This document shows positions 12,406 through 24,565 of a stretch of DNA of 64,000 nt, in pieces. Source of the stretch: Mobula hypostoma. Taxonomy: Eukaryota. The notes beneath the pieces were generated by a model, which searched no databases, was not told the origin of the DNA, and saw only the letters and a program-made list of their open reading frames with translations. The first letter of the stretch is position 1. Each line of letters starts with the position of its first letter. Both the position numbers and the translations under genes were made by a program. The DNA lies in the NCBI RefSeq assembly GCF_963921235.1, contig NC_086097.1, positions 91,266,001 through 91,330,000 on the forward strand, given 5' to 3'.

Positions 12406-12836
12406 TGTAACACACTGTAAGGTTTCACTGCTAATGTAATGGTTTCTCTGTAACAACAGTGTTTGGGTTATGACTAGAGATAATGGGGGCTTTGGAATGT
12501 GCACCACCCAATCAGGGGAGTGTTGTTTCTATCTTGTGTGTATTTGCGGTCTCTTTGTCAGCAAGAGATGAAGAGAGAAGACATGAGAGGAGTGAGCTGG
12601 CAGACCGCAGGATAGAGTAGATTTGGAGTAAGGGTCTGGGAGTCGACGACACTAAGAGGAAATTGACGAGGAGCTAAGGGACGGAAAACCATGAGCTCCA
12701 ACGTGCACAATAGACTGATTCATTAAAATGGGCTGTTACATGACCACGGGTTTCGTTTACTGTGGGCGTCACTTTAAGCACCTGAACGAGGCAGGAGTAT
12801 GACGTCAGTGTAACAAAATGCAGACAGAGTGTTGGA

Positions 12837-12875
<39 letters not shown>

Positions 12876-13716
12876 GAAAGAGAGACTACAAGCTGGAGCT
12901 CGCTACAGTAATGGGTGAAGTTTGATACTTTCCCCATGCACAAAGGATTGGGTGAATGAACGGCACACAGTGCATATTGGATATGTGACTGTCACTTCTT
13001 ATGACCCATACCTGGATTTTTGGAGTATTCTGTGGCGACCACTTTCATTAACCCTTACCTGGATTTGGGTGTGTTATGTGGTGTCCACTTGTGCTAAGGA
13101 ATATTCCTTGACTGTCACCTTGTAACGTCTCTACATGGATTTCAGAATGCAACTCAATGGCTGAGATCTTCTGTTACTGTTACTTCGTTTTCCCAGCGTG
13201 GAACCTGTGGAATTCTTCGTGATCATCTCCTCGTTGCATTTTAATGTGGATTTACAAGTTTCTCCCCTCACCTATTCCGTGGATAGCTGAAACTTTTCAG
13301 CTTGCCATCTTAAAGCCTTAAGAACTGTTCCTAAGCTTGACGGTTTGGAACCAGAAACGCATAACACTGTTATCTTCTGTTTAGAAGAGTAGTTGTTTAA
13401 TTTTCTATATTTTGAGTAGATACTAATAAATATAGTGGATTAACATTAAACCCTGACTCAGTTTGTGGTCTATTGCTGCTGGTACATAACAGGGCCCCTT
13501 TTCTTGTTGTTTTCTTTACTAACCCTAAGTTAAATTAAGAATTATAAAGCTCAATTGTTTAATTGCATCTGGTGTACTGTCTGATATATTGTGGTACTGA
13601 GTTGTAACAGGGGATCACATCACGTAGCATCCACTCAAACGAGATTTCACCAGGTTGGCCAGGGCGAAGACTGTCTCCCCCTGGACTAACACAGCCGGCT
13701 GAACCTGAGGGTTACA
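12406..13716 (+). repeat. 3' LTR, interrupted by a solo LTR at 12734-13491
   Basis: TGTAAC...GTTACA; 12406-12733 plus 13496-13716 align with the 5' LTR. Confidence 0.9.
12734..13491 (+). mobile_element. Solo LTR of a second family, containing a (GA)n tract
   Basis: TGTTAC...ATAACA termini; exact 4-bp TSD GGGC (12730-12733 and 13492-13495); the empty site AAAATGGGCCCCTTT is present in the 5' LTR. Confidence 0.93.
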
Positions 13717-13764
13717 TATACATACTTAGAAGATAAATATACTTGAACCTTGAACAATGAAGTT

Positions 13765-14115
13765 CAAGGTCAAAATGAGGTAGACTGTGAGGTCAAGAGC
13801 ACATCTTATTGTACAAGAAGTTTTTTCAATGTCTGATAACAGTGGGATAGAAGTTGTTCTTGAGCCTGATGGTACGTGCTTTCAAGATTTTGCAATTTCT
13901 GCCCAATGGGAGGAGGAAGAAGAGAGAATGTCTATGGTGGTTGGGGGTCTTTAATTCTGCTGGTTGCTCTACTACAGCAACAAGAAGTGTAGGCAGAGTC
14001 CATAGAGGGGAGGTTGACGTCTGTGGTGTACAGAGCTGTATCCACAACTCTCTGCAATTTCTTATAGTCATGTGCAGTTGCCATAGCAAGTCATTATTCA
14101 CGCTCAGGCAAGACG
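13765..14115 (-). mobile_element. Rex1/Babar-type LINE 3' fragment
   Basis: ORF 13826-14128 has HRHSLFFLLPLGR..KARTIRLKNNFYPTVIR. Confidence 0.75.
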
Positions 14116-14119
14116 TACC

Positions 14120-14975
14120 AGATTCCATACGCCCAATAGGTGAAGGAACTCTTTCTCAGACCCCTCTAAATCTTATTCCTTACCTTAAATCTAAAGCCCT
14201 CTGTTTTTATTCACCACTGTTACGAAGAAAAAAAAACCCTCTGTCCTTCAGTACTTCTAGAATCTTATAATTCATTTTATACCCTCACCTATTTGACCTT
14301 GCAGTGTGATTATTGCACTTCATAAGGGTGAAATTCCATTTGCCTTTGCTCTGCCCATCTTATCAATATCAATCTGTAACCTGACTACTCTCTTCAACTT
14401 CAACAATACCACTATGTCATCAGCAAACTTATCAATAGACACGATTACTTATCAAAAACCTCAGCCTCATTGGTTAGAAAGGATCTCCAGACAACAGAGT
14501 CATGATGACTATCTTTCATAAACCCCAAGTACAGATTGACCCTGCCTCTCAGATTACTTTTCCAATAATTTCTCTGCAACTGTCAATAGTCTATAATTAC
14601 CTGACTTATTTCTGCTGCCCTTCTTAAATAAAGGTACCAAACTTTGCTCTCTATATTCATCTGACCCCTCACACATGTTATCTGAGATTCAAAGATCTGC
14701 ATCAAGAGCCTAGCAATCTCCTCCCTTCCTCTGACAGCAGCCCAAGATATATCTTTACAGGCACTGGGGATTTATCCACTTTTAAACCCACTAACCTGTG
14801 ATAAATGTTGCTTCTTAATAATGATATGCTTTAGAAATTCACTGTCCCTTGCCTGAATTTTCCATGTACAACATTCTTCTCCTTCGTGAATGCAAATGAG
14901 AAACAGTCATTTAAAATCTCACCTTCATTCTCCGTCTCCATATGCAGATCGCCGTTTTGGTTGCTAAAGGACACT
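14120..14975 (-). mobile_element. Old CR1 LINE fragments
   Basis: Degenerate similarity to the CR1 RT regions elsewhere in the window (e.g. GGGATTTATCCAC, TCATCAGCAAACTT). Confidence 0.5.
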
Positions 14976-14979
14976 AAAT

Positions 14980-16520
14980 CCTCTGCATTTAATACTTCAG
15001 TAATATTTGAGTAATCTTATACATATATTGGCTGATTAAACATTCTTGTTCATTTAAATAATTAATTACCAGTTATATAAATATATAGGTGAATTGTATA
15101 CATCATAAGTGTGTGCATCACTTCATGTAAATACAAACTAAGACTTGCATCTTTTGGCCTTTGAATTAGTTTTATGATTTGAAGCTACTAAACATAACAG
15201 GGGTGATGAGGCATTTTTAAAACAAACCCAAGATGGTTACTGACCTGTACAGTGAGAAATCAGAAATAGCTGGCTATATCAGAAAGATAGATGTGTTCAA
15301 TTGATCAACAGATAGCTGGCTCATGTGTACTGAGCTAATTGTACAGAATTTTGAAGCAAATGAAATAGCCGATGAGAAACCACTACCAATTTTACTGAGT
15401 GCATTGGATTTAAAGGCATACAGTTTGCCGTGAGGTTTAACTGCTCCAATCAAACCAGCAGAAATGAGCTTTGCTGATATTGTGAAGGTAATGCAGAAAC
15501 ATTTAGAATCAAAACTACTGTTGATTGCAGAATGCTTTAAGTTTCATAAGTGAAATCAAAAGGATGAAGAGTCCATTTCAGCATAAGTGGCTGAATTAAT
15601 GAGATTATTTGAGCATTGGCAGTTCAATAATGGGCTTAATGATGCACTGAGAGATCACTTAGTTTGTGGAATCTTACATGAAAGAATTCAAAATGGCTCC
15701 CAACTGAAGCACATCTTATACTTAAAAGAATAGTTGAAATTGCTGTATCAATGGAATCAGCAAACATAAACACAATTGAGATGCAGTCAGGAAAAAAAGT
15801 GAGCATGAAAAAAATAAACAGAAACTGGCCTGGCTGAACAAATTTTGTTACCGTTGTGGCAGGGGCTCACATTTACCAGACCAATGCAGATTTAAAGGCA
15901 AAACTTGCAGAAAATGTAAGAAAGTAGGACACATAGAGAGATCATGTTGGGCAGACAAAATAAATGGACTGCTCAGGAACGTGAAAAGGATAAAAGGTCA
16001 AGTTGTAGTTTCATAAAGAGCACTAATCTACATGCTGTGGATGAAAGATCTGATAATGCAGAGATTATCCTTGAGATCTAGCTTTGAGATTTAACACGTG
16101 AAAACTAACAAAAGCCAAACTATATGGCTTTCATCAGTAGTGAATGGCAAATTGATTAAAATGGAATTGGACACTGGCTTGGCTGCTTCAGTCATTCCAC
16201 AAAATGAGTTTGAATGGCATTTCAAAGATACTGAACTGAAGCCTGCAGATACCCAACCAAGAACTTTTACTGGAGAAAAGATCATTCCTGTGGGAATGAC
16301 ATTTGTAACAGAGAAATATAACCGCCAACAAGCCACATTGAGCTTGTATGTGGTAAAAATAGGAGGACCAGCTTTTCTAGGGTGTGATTGGCTGAGATAA
16401 TTACAACTTGATTGAAGATCCATCCACGTTTTTAATGCCACATCCCCTGCAATTAAGCCAACTGAAAGCAAATTAAGAAAGGTACTGGATGATCCCAAAA
16501 CTGTCTCCATGCTGTATATT
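14980..16520 (+). mobile_element. Gypsy (K02A2.6-like) remnant: 5' LTR, PBS, gag with two CCHC knuckles, protease; 3' truncated
   Basis: LTR ends ACATAACA at 15199; PBS-like GGGTGATGAGG; CYRCGRGSHLPDQC and CRKCKKVGHIERSC at 15847-15948; MELDTG protease motif; homologous to 61201-64000. Confidence 0.85.
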
Positions 16521-16705
16521 ATGAACCGTGGCCCAACAGAGGGCAACAGGTGATGGTGCCAACCTCTCTGCCTCTGGTTGGGAAACACCATACAGTCAGG
16601 AAACAGGCCCCTGTACCATTATCTGTATACTGACCATCAAGCGCCAATTTACAGCAAATCCTATGCTTTTCCTATTTTCTTCTCCCAACATTTCCTTCAA
16701 CTTGC

Positions 16706-17227
16706 TGCTACTGTGTGGTAACTGGAATCTCTAGAGCAGAAGGCCCTGAAATGCTCAGCTTTGCTTGTTTCAGTGGCCGGGGCGAGGTCGAAGGCGCTCA
16801 GCAGAGGATGGCGCTCGGGAGGCTGTATCGGAGGGCTGGTCGGAGGATCGAAGTTTTCAGACAGATGGACTCGGTGTTGGCTGTGGTCGGCTGCTTCCAA
16901 GCCATCGGCAAGTTGATGGTGCCTGGAGGTTTATGGCAGGGAGTTTCTCCCTTTTGCTGCCTGCTATCGGGGACTCGGAAGTCAATCGACTCGGGGACTT
17001 TTGAGACTTTATTTACCGTGCCCGTGGTTTGTTCTTCATCAAATTATAGTATTGCTTTGCACTGCTGTAACTATATATTATAATTATGTGGTTCTGTCAG
17101 TGTTAGTCTTTGGTTTGTCCTGTTTTCTGTGATATCACTCCGGAGAAACATTGTATCATTTCTTAATCCATGTATGCATTTCTAAATGACAATAAAAGAG
17201 GACTGAGTGTTCTCATAATCTAAAAAA
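16706..17227 (+). mobile_element. Non-autonomous non-LTR element (about 690-bp family), 5'-truncated copy
   Basis: Homologous to the copies at 25995, 27899 and 62358; tail AATAAAAGAGGACTGAGTGTTCTCATAATCT; AACTTGC repeated at both flanks. Confidence 0.85.
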
Positions 17228-17234
17228 AACTTGC

Positions 17235-17450
17235 CCCAGATTTTAGCACTCTACTAAATACCAGGGCCACTACCCTACTAACCTATGTGTACTTGGAGAA
17301 AGGGAGCACACAGAGAACCCATAAAAATCCTATGAAGTCAAAGAGAGACAGTGAAAACTCTACACTGACAGCAGTGGAAGTCAAGATTGAATCTAGGCTG
17401 CTGGAGCTATGACACAGCAGCTCCACTACATGTGTCAATGTGTAGCCCAA
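17235..17450 (-). mobile_element. HE1-like V-SINE (degenerate)
   Basis: Reverse complement of the V-domain seen at 53148-53200, plus a tRNA-like head remnant. Confidence 0.55.
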
Positions 17451-18167
17451 CTCTCTGTGTTCAAAACAGCACCATATTCCTTGTTGCTAATTAATACTGA
17501 GTTCACCCACCATACTAGTTAGACTACTTACATTAAAATAATGTATTCTCCCTCTGTGAACGTTTATTTGCATTGCGTACTGCCTCCGCATTCTGTCATT
17601 TCCCCATAGTCTTTGATGTCTTTGTGCATTAGTACTGTTCTATACTGTCAATTGTCTGAATCTAATAGTATTGCTCAGAGAGCTTGGTATCACTGTATAC
17701 TAACACTACTCTGTACTGCCTGCAGTGCCCACACCTTAACATTTCTCTATCCTGCCCTGCACTTCTGAGGAAACACAAGAGATTACAGATCCTGGAATCT
17801 GGGGCAACAAAAAAATCTGCTAGAGGAACTCAATGAGTCAAGCAGTATCTGTGAGGGAAACAAAAAATCAAATTTTTGGATCAAAACCTTAATACAGTAT
17901 ATCACTTATTCTTTGAATTTCTGTGTATTGACTCTGCCTGCTGTATTCTTATATTAACACAGATCTCCCTTGGTTGTCCATCCTGTATCTTAGCACTGCC
18001 CTTTTCTTTTTTCATCTTTTATAATGGCTCATTATTTTCTGATATGTCTGTGTATTAACCATGGTCTGTATAGTCTCCTGTCTTGTATATTAATGTTGTC
18101 CCATGCTGCCTAGCCATCCTGAACTACTTGCTCTTCCAGTATATTAATATTACTCTATATTGTAGGC

Positions 18168-18820
18168 TGTCACAATGTGCGCTGGCAATATTGGAACCCA
18201 AGTGTGGAGGAATGACAGACTCTGATGTAGAGACTGCGATGAGAGTTTATTCGTAATAATTCCAAAAGAATATCGTTGGCTTGGCCGAGCGATACCGTGA
18301 GAAGTAACATTCTCAAAAGTACGACCCTGTGATTAGCACTTATTGGGCATCCACTTAAACAATACAAGCAACGTGGTATCCCTGAGCCTATCAAAATAAA
18401 CTTAACAAACTTAAACAGAAAGCACCAGAAGACAGCATTACAAAGAGTGAGCTGCATGAGAGTAAAACACAAGGAACACTGAACAATTAACAACTGTCAT
18501 TAAACAACAATAAACCAATTCAGATTCTCTAAAACCTTGGAGCAACACTGTGGTAAACCATGTATATATGTTGTAACTCGGTTGCCTGTCTGGACACACC
18601 CCTCTGCTGACTGCCCCTGTGGCTCCTCCCACAGAGTCCTGTATAAAGGCGTTCGCCTTGCCCCTCCCCCTCAGTCCGGGGTCAGACACTCACTGTGGAG
18701 GTCGTATTGTACAGCGAATAAAAGCCTTTCAGTATTTTACCAAACCTCAGTCTTCTGGAGTAATTGAAGGTGCTTCAAACACCCACCGGCACTGCACACG
18801 GGCCCGAAGAACAAATCACA
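18168..18820 (-). mobile_element. Solo LTR hosting a nested solo LTR
   Basis: TGTCACA...ATCACA termini; flanks GTAGGC/GCAGGC; minus-strand AATAAA near 18246. Confidence 0.65.
18549..18777 (+). mobile_element. 229-bp solo LTR
   Basis: TGTGG...CTTCA termini, exact 5-bp TSD AACAC, internal TATAAA and AATAAA. Confidence 0.9.
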
Positions 18821-19114
18821 GCAGGCATCTCGAGCATGTTAATGTTATACTGCACTCTCTGCCATCTCAAACATTAACACTGCCTCTCACTGCCCAGCCA
18901 CATTTAATGTCGATTACTGCCCTGCACTCTCTGCTGCCATAATGTAACATTGATTCATTTTGTCATGCATCACTGTGCATTAATACAGTCCTGTGCAGTC
19001 TGCGTGTACTAGCAATGTTCTGCTTTGGGGTTTCTGGTTATTAACGCTCTTGCTCCTGGAATCATTATGCACTGTTCACTGCTTTGATATGATAGTGTTG
19101 TTCTATACTGTCTG

Positions 19115-20035
19115 CTATTCATACAGCTTGCAAACAGGCCCTTTGGTTCAAATGATCCATGGCCATCTATGCAGGTCCCATTTACAGCATCTGGCCCAAA
19201 ACCTCTCTGTTCTTTGCTATCCAATTGCCTTTTAAAATTTCTTATTGTACCTGCCTCAACCACTTTCTCTGGAAGATCATTCCTCAAATATACCACACTC
19301 TACCTAAAAAAAAAGTCTTCGCTCAGGTTGCTATTAAATCCTTACTCTTCGACCTTTAACCTTTTGTTTGAGATTTAAAATTGTTTAATGTCATTTCCAC
19401 TACACAAGTGTAAAGAAGAATGAAATAATTGTTACTCTGGATCTGATACAGCACAAAACAAATCCCAATAAGGTGAAGAGCACAATAAATATAAATGCAT
19501 GAGTTAGCCTATATACAGTAGATGGATTGACATGGTATGTCCATAAATTAACGCTGGACACACAGGGGTGTCTGTACTTATGGTGACTCTGACAGGAAAT
19601 GATAAGGTAGTGGTGGTGGTGGGGTGGGTAGAGGTGTCGATCAGTTTTACTGCTTGGGGAAAAATACCTGATTTTAAGCCTGGTGGTCCTGACATGCCCT
19701 ATAGTTCTTGATTTCCCAACCCTGGGAAAAAGATTGAGTGCATTCCCATCTATGCCCTTCATGATTCTATAGCTCCTTCCTTGTAACTTAGCCCCTCAAT
19801 TCCTGGCTACATCCTTGTAAATTTTTTTCTGTGCTCCTACCAGCTTAATAACTTATTTCCTGTAGTAGGGTGACCAAATCTGAAAGCAACATTCCAAGTG
19901 TGACCTCACTAGAGTCTTGTACAACCACACAATGACCTCCCAGCTTCTGTCCTCAGTGCCCTGATTGAGGGCCAGGATGTCACAATGTTTCTTTACCACC
20001 CTGTCTACCTTTGACCCTACTTTCAGATATACGTT
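19115..20035 (-). mobile_element. CR1 3' fragment interrupted by a Rex1-type tail (19365-19695)
   Basis: ORFs read LYKTLVRSHLECCFQIWSPYYRK and NDLPEKVVEAGTIRNFKRQLD; the insert reads TTRLKIRYF followed by a 3' UTR. Confidence 0.8.
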
Positions 20036-20199
20036 AGTTCCAGATTTTTGATATCTGGAAACTGACTGTTGGATTATACTGTATGTCAACCAGTGTATGC
20101 TTGTTCAAGAATTACCACATCTGGATTTGTGGTTCAGCCAACTCGTGGTGCATCAATGCATCTCTGAACCTGGATGGTACAGAAGTACCCTGAGTACAG

Positions 20200-20850
20200 G
20201 ACAATCCTAATATGCAAAGACACCATGAACAGGCACAACAGGCACTGCAGAGAAGTGTTAATACAGAAGCTGCTGATTGCACAAGGTAACGTTAATATAA
20301 ATGATACCAACTGTACACGGAATAGTGTTAATCAAACACAGAGAACACACACAAAACTGACAAAACTAGGCAATATTAACATCCAGATATGCCTTGTAGC
20401 ATAAATCTGTGTTGATATACTGTATAAAGGTACTGCTGAGAATGTTAATATACTGGTACACCAAGCTATATAAAAAGCAATGCTAATATGAGATAACGGA
20501 CAGTAAAAAGCAGTGTTAATATGCACAGCTGTCAGGTACTGTGGAAAGATATTGATATATAGAGGCAGCAGACAGTTCAATGCTAATAGAAACAGGCCAG
20601 GGAGCATAACGTAGTATTAATATGCAGAAATAGCAGACCGTACAGGCCACTATTAATAAATAAATACTGAACCTGGAAACATAGATCAATGTTAATGTTC
20701 AGAGGTTTCAAGAAGTTCTGAATTGTACCAAAACAGAGAAACACACCTGACAGTATAGAGCAACATTAGTATATTTTGACATTAGGCATTACCGAGCAGT
20801 GCTAATGTAAAAGACACTAGGCATTAAAGTAAAGACTGGTGTTAATACAT
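20200..20850 (-). repeat. Degenerate 33-36-bp minisatellite in reverse orientation
   Basis: TGTTAAT-like cores at 20256, 20290, 20326, 20409, 20443, 20481, 20514, 20550, 20581, 20615, 20651 and 20690. Confidence 0.7.
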
Positions 20851-20892
20851 TGAGATGTAAAAAGGTTCAAAGGTTCATTTATTATCAAAGTC

Positions 20893-21510
20893 CGAGGGGT
20901 GATTGATAAGTTCCTGGCCTAAGGTAGAAGGAGTCAATTTTAGAAAACCTAGCACATTTATTTTTCCTACATTTATACACTTAGTCCAGTGGTTGTGGAG
21001 CATACGGATCCCTTCTTTGTAGAAGTCGGCGTCCTGAACCTCCAGAAAATGGTCCACAGCGGGCGTAATTGATAAGTTTGTGGCCTACAGTAGAAGGATA
21101 TGAGTTATTAACTTCAAACTTTCTGCATTTTCACTCAGAGTTGAACTGCACATGCATGTCACGAGAGCTGTATAACTCATCTCCTTCTACCCGAGGCCAC
21201 AAACTTATAAATCACCCCTGCTTTGGACCGCTTGGAGGTCCAAGATGCTTTCATTATATGCACATGCAGTTCAACTCTTTGAGTGATAATGCAGAAAGTT
21301 TGAAGTTAATAACTCATCTCCTTCTACCTTAGGCCACGAACTTATTAATCACCCCTGCTGATGATCACTTCTACAAAGAAGGGATCCGTATACTCCACGA
21401 CCGCTGGACTAAGTGTGTACAGGAGGGGGCTATGTTGAAAAATAAATGTGCTAGGTTTTCTAAAATTGACTCCTTCTACCTTAGGCCACGAACTTATCAA
21501 TCACCCGTTG
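20893..21510. mobile_element. Mariner-derived MITE built from inverted copies of the transposon 3' end
   Basis: TIR CGAGGGGTGATTGATAAGTTC.TGGCCTAAGGTAGAAGGA; both arms encode the mariner C-terminus (DFYKEGIRMLH..WTKC; GGYVEK-stop in the right arm). Confidence 0.88.
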
Positions 21511-22399
21511 TCTATATGCAGCATACAACTCTGACATTCATCCTCTCCAAATAGTCATGAAACAAAGAAAAGTATGGAAGTCATTCAAAGAAAAACAGCA
21601 AACCTCCCCCCGCACAAATATAAACAAATCTTGCACACCTCAAACCCACAACCTCCTCTTTTGCAAACAAACATCTTACAAACTGCGCTAATGGCAACAA
21701 AAAATAACGGACAAAACGTACAGTGCAGATCAGTGCTAATAAACAGAAGCCACGAAAATAATGTATGGTCATGATTAAACAGGTACAGAGTCAAGAGGTT
21801 ATTTCAATCACCCTACGCTTGCTACTTTCAGGTCCACACAAGTACGTTTGTAACTCAACACTCTGGAGCAACACTTAAGATGCTGGAGGAACTCAGTGGG
21901 TCAGGCAGCATCTGCAAAGAGAAATGTACAGTCAATGTTTTGGGTCGAGATGTATCACCTGCATTGTGTCTCCAGTTCAGCACTCTGGTTTGCCAGGCTC
22001 CATCTATTGCATGCAACCATTCAGTGGACAGTAAGAATGCTTCAAGTAATCTAATTGATCTGAGCTCCTAATTACCCCACAGGATGTCAATGCAAAGAGT
22101 GCAGAGTACTAATACTGGGGGTGTCCAACTATCTCAATGCTAACTGAGATAATCTTAAAGGAAGAAGCAAAGAAAGGGAGTGCATCAAAGCAACATCCTT
22201 GGTTGGTACGTTGGAGACCCAGAGAGGAAGGGTTCACTGTTGGATCTATTTTGGTGAATGAGGTGGGCAAGAGAACCAAGTATCAATGGACAGCATATGC
22301 GACCATAAGGTTTAGTGATGAAAAATAAGGAGAAAATTGGTTGCAGAGCTTTTTAACTGATAAAGTGCCAACTTAAAGGGATTGGCATGATTCTAGCTT

Positions 22400-23640
22400 G
22401 GATGTTGTAGAGCCAAATATAGTTAGGTAATACATAAAATGATGGAGAAACTCAGCAGGATTCTGACGGTTCCTTCTTCAGAATAAAGGCACTGCAAGAA
22501 AACTGAGCAATTATTGCCTATTTCTATGTGTCCTGGTGAAATTGATGGTGCACTGTCTTTTGAACCATTTCTGTGCCTCTGACCAAGGAGCTCCAGGATG
22601 CAGATCCAGCAACAATGATACATTTGCAAGTCAGGAAGGTGTGGGGTGGAAGGGAGCTCATGTATGCCTGATGTCCTTGTCCTTCCTGATGCAAAAGGTT
22701 GGGTGTTTGGGACATGGTGTAACCCTTGTGTACCTCAATGAAATTACTCCTGACAAAGCCTTCTGTAATCAGAGTTGGTCCGCAGTATTGAGAGTAATAC
22801 TGGAATGATGGGTATGCGTGTCATGCCGTTCTACATTTCTGCTGCTGCTGATGGTCCACAGTCCACTTCGTCAATGCTCACTTATGAGCTATCAAATCTA
22901 TTCAGAGTCATTTGTCACACTTGTGAAGTCCTTCAATGCCAAGATGGGACTTTGCCTCCACAGGGACTGTGTGATGGCCACACCCATCAATACTGGCATA
23001 ACAACTGCATCACCAACACCCGGGATAAAGTCACATAGGTTTGTACCATGCGTGGGTCTCTCACTAAGTACAACAGATGTAGTCAGACAGCTGTGTTGTA
23101 AACAGCCTAGGCAGCTTGGTTTGAGGTAGCCACTAGGCCACTCTTGGTGAAAAACATTAAAATTCCTGATAGAGAGCACTCTATGCCCTTGCTGCTTTCA
23201 GTGTGTATTCCAAATGTTGGTCAACATGGAGGAGTATGGATTCATCAAGAGACTGAATGTGGGATCTGGTACTCAGGAGGAGGTTATCTTGCCTATGTGT
23301 GATCAGAAGACATGACGCCTTCGACAGTTTACAGTCAACTGTACATCATTGCCTAGCCTCATGCAGAAAGCCAACTCTTATTGTAGAACAGGATATACCA
23401 CAGAGGATTCTACCGGATTGTCTATGAGGTATGATCATTTGTCGGTCTTTTGCACCACTGTGCTGTTTTAGGCCCCATTCTCCTGATGTTTGTGACAAAG
23501 GCATTACAAGGTCAACTGAGGTTTAAGTGAGTCCATAGTGTCTGAATGCCAGGTCAGTCTAATTTCATCCTTTTCCTGCATAATTCTGGGACTACCAACA
23601 GAGAGACCTTAGGACACTGGAAATGTTAAATCTGCAACAT
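22400..23640 (-). mobile_element. Very old non-LTR retrotransposon fragment (APE endonuclease region)
   Basis: ORF 22898-23179 has NFNVFHQEW..ERPTHGTNLCD, resembling the GDFN..PTRG..LD motifs. Confidence 0.55.
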
Positions 23641-23674
23641 CCTCCCAAGTAACAGGAAGGGGAAGAAAGTCAAT

Positions 23675-23810
23675 GGTAAGAGATTCTGCAGATGTTGAAA
23701 ATCCAGAGCAATACACACAAAATGCTGGAGGAGCTCAGCAAGTCAGACAGCATCAATGAAGAGAAATAACAAGCTGACATTTCAGGCTGAGAGCCTTCAT
23801 CAGGACTTGA
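23675..23810 (-). mobile_element. Penelope-like terminus with hammerhead motif (23772-23807)
   Basis: AGUC CUGAUGA AGGCUCUCAGCCU GAAA UGUC AGCU. Confidence 0.75.
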
Positions 23811-24249
23811 CGCCAGTTTCTTCTCCCAGGACAACATCCCCAGCAATGAGGCTCTAATTACATTTGGTTGACTCCATTGGGCAGGCCACAGCATGCACAT
23901 TTTATTGTCTGAGTTATTGCTGTCTGAATTTTGCAGAAAGCAGACTCATTGCTTTTTCAGCAACATTTCCCCTTTTAACTAAGTTTTAACTGATGGCTAC
24001 TGCTGAACTGCATTTTGTTCTTTAAAGGAATATACATTATTTGTAAACTGTCTATTAATTATTTAAGGATTAGCCATTGAATGGTTACTGCATACCTTTT
24101 AATGTAATTTCTCAAGGTACTGCATCTAAATCATATCTCATTCTCTTTTATTCAGATTTAAGACCTTAGTTCCAGTTTGAACTAAATCATTTTTATGAAT
24201 TATGCTCACTGTTTGCTACCGATTCCATAACTACTAAATCATTAATTAA

Positions 24250-24565
24250 CTCTTTCTCGTCACACACAATACAAGATCTAAAACAGAGCCACTAATTTCT
24301 TGCTGAACATCAGGCACCCACTTACACCAATCCTGCACATTTAAATGTCCCCACTTTCCCAGATCCCCTAACATTTCGTGACACTCCAGGGGAAATTTAC
24401 AGTGGCCAATTAATCTGCACCAAACCATACTTCTTTAGAATGTATGAGGAAACCACAGCACCTAAAGGAAATCCATGCAGTCATTAAGAAAACATGAAAA
24501 CTCTGCACGAGCAACACTGGAAGCCAAGACTGAATCCACGGCCAAAGCTTTACCACTGTGCCATT
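24250..24565 (-). mobile_element. HE1-like V-SINE
   Basis: Reverse complement of the V-domain and of TTAATTGGCCACTGTAAATT. Confidence 0.65.

Larger units (their letters stand above)
6828..13716 (+). mobile_element. Ty3/Gypsy LTR retrotransposon with PNMA-like gag; structurally complete, coding-dead
   Basis: Paired LTRs, PBS, PPT and gag-RT-RNaseH-IN order. TSD TGTA/TATA (1 mismatch). Inserted into a LINE 3' tail that resumes at 13717. Confidence 0.95.
17480..19110 (+). repeat. Highly degenerate 33-bp minisatellite tract, interrupted by TE insertions
   Basis: Recurrent TATTAACAC / TATTAATGT / CATTAACAC cores, e.g. near 17952, 18053, 18088, 18142 and 18871. Confidence 0.55.
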
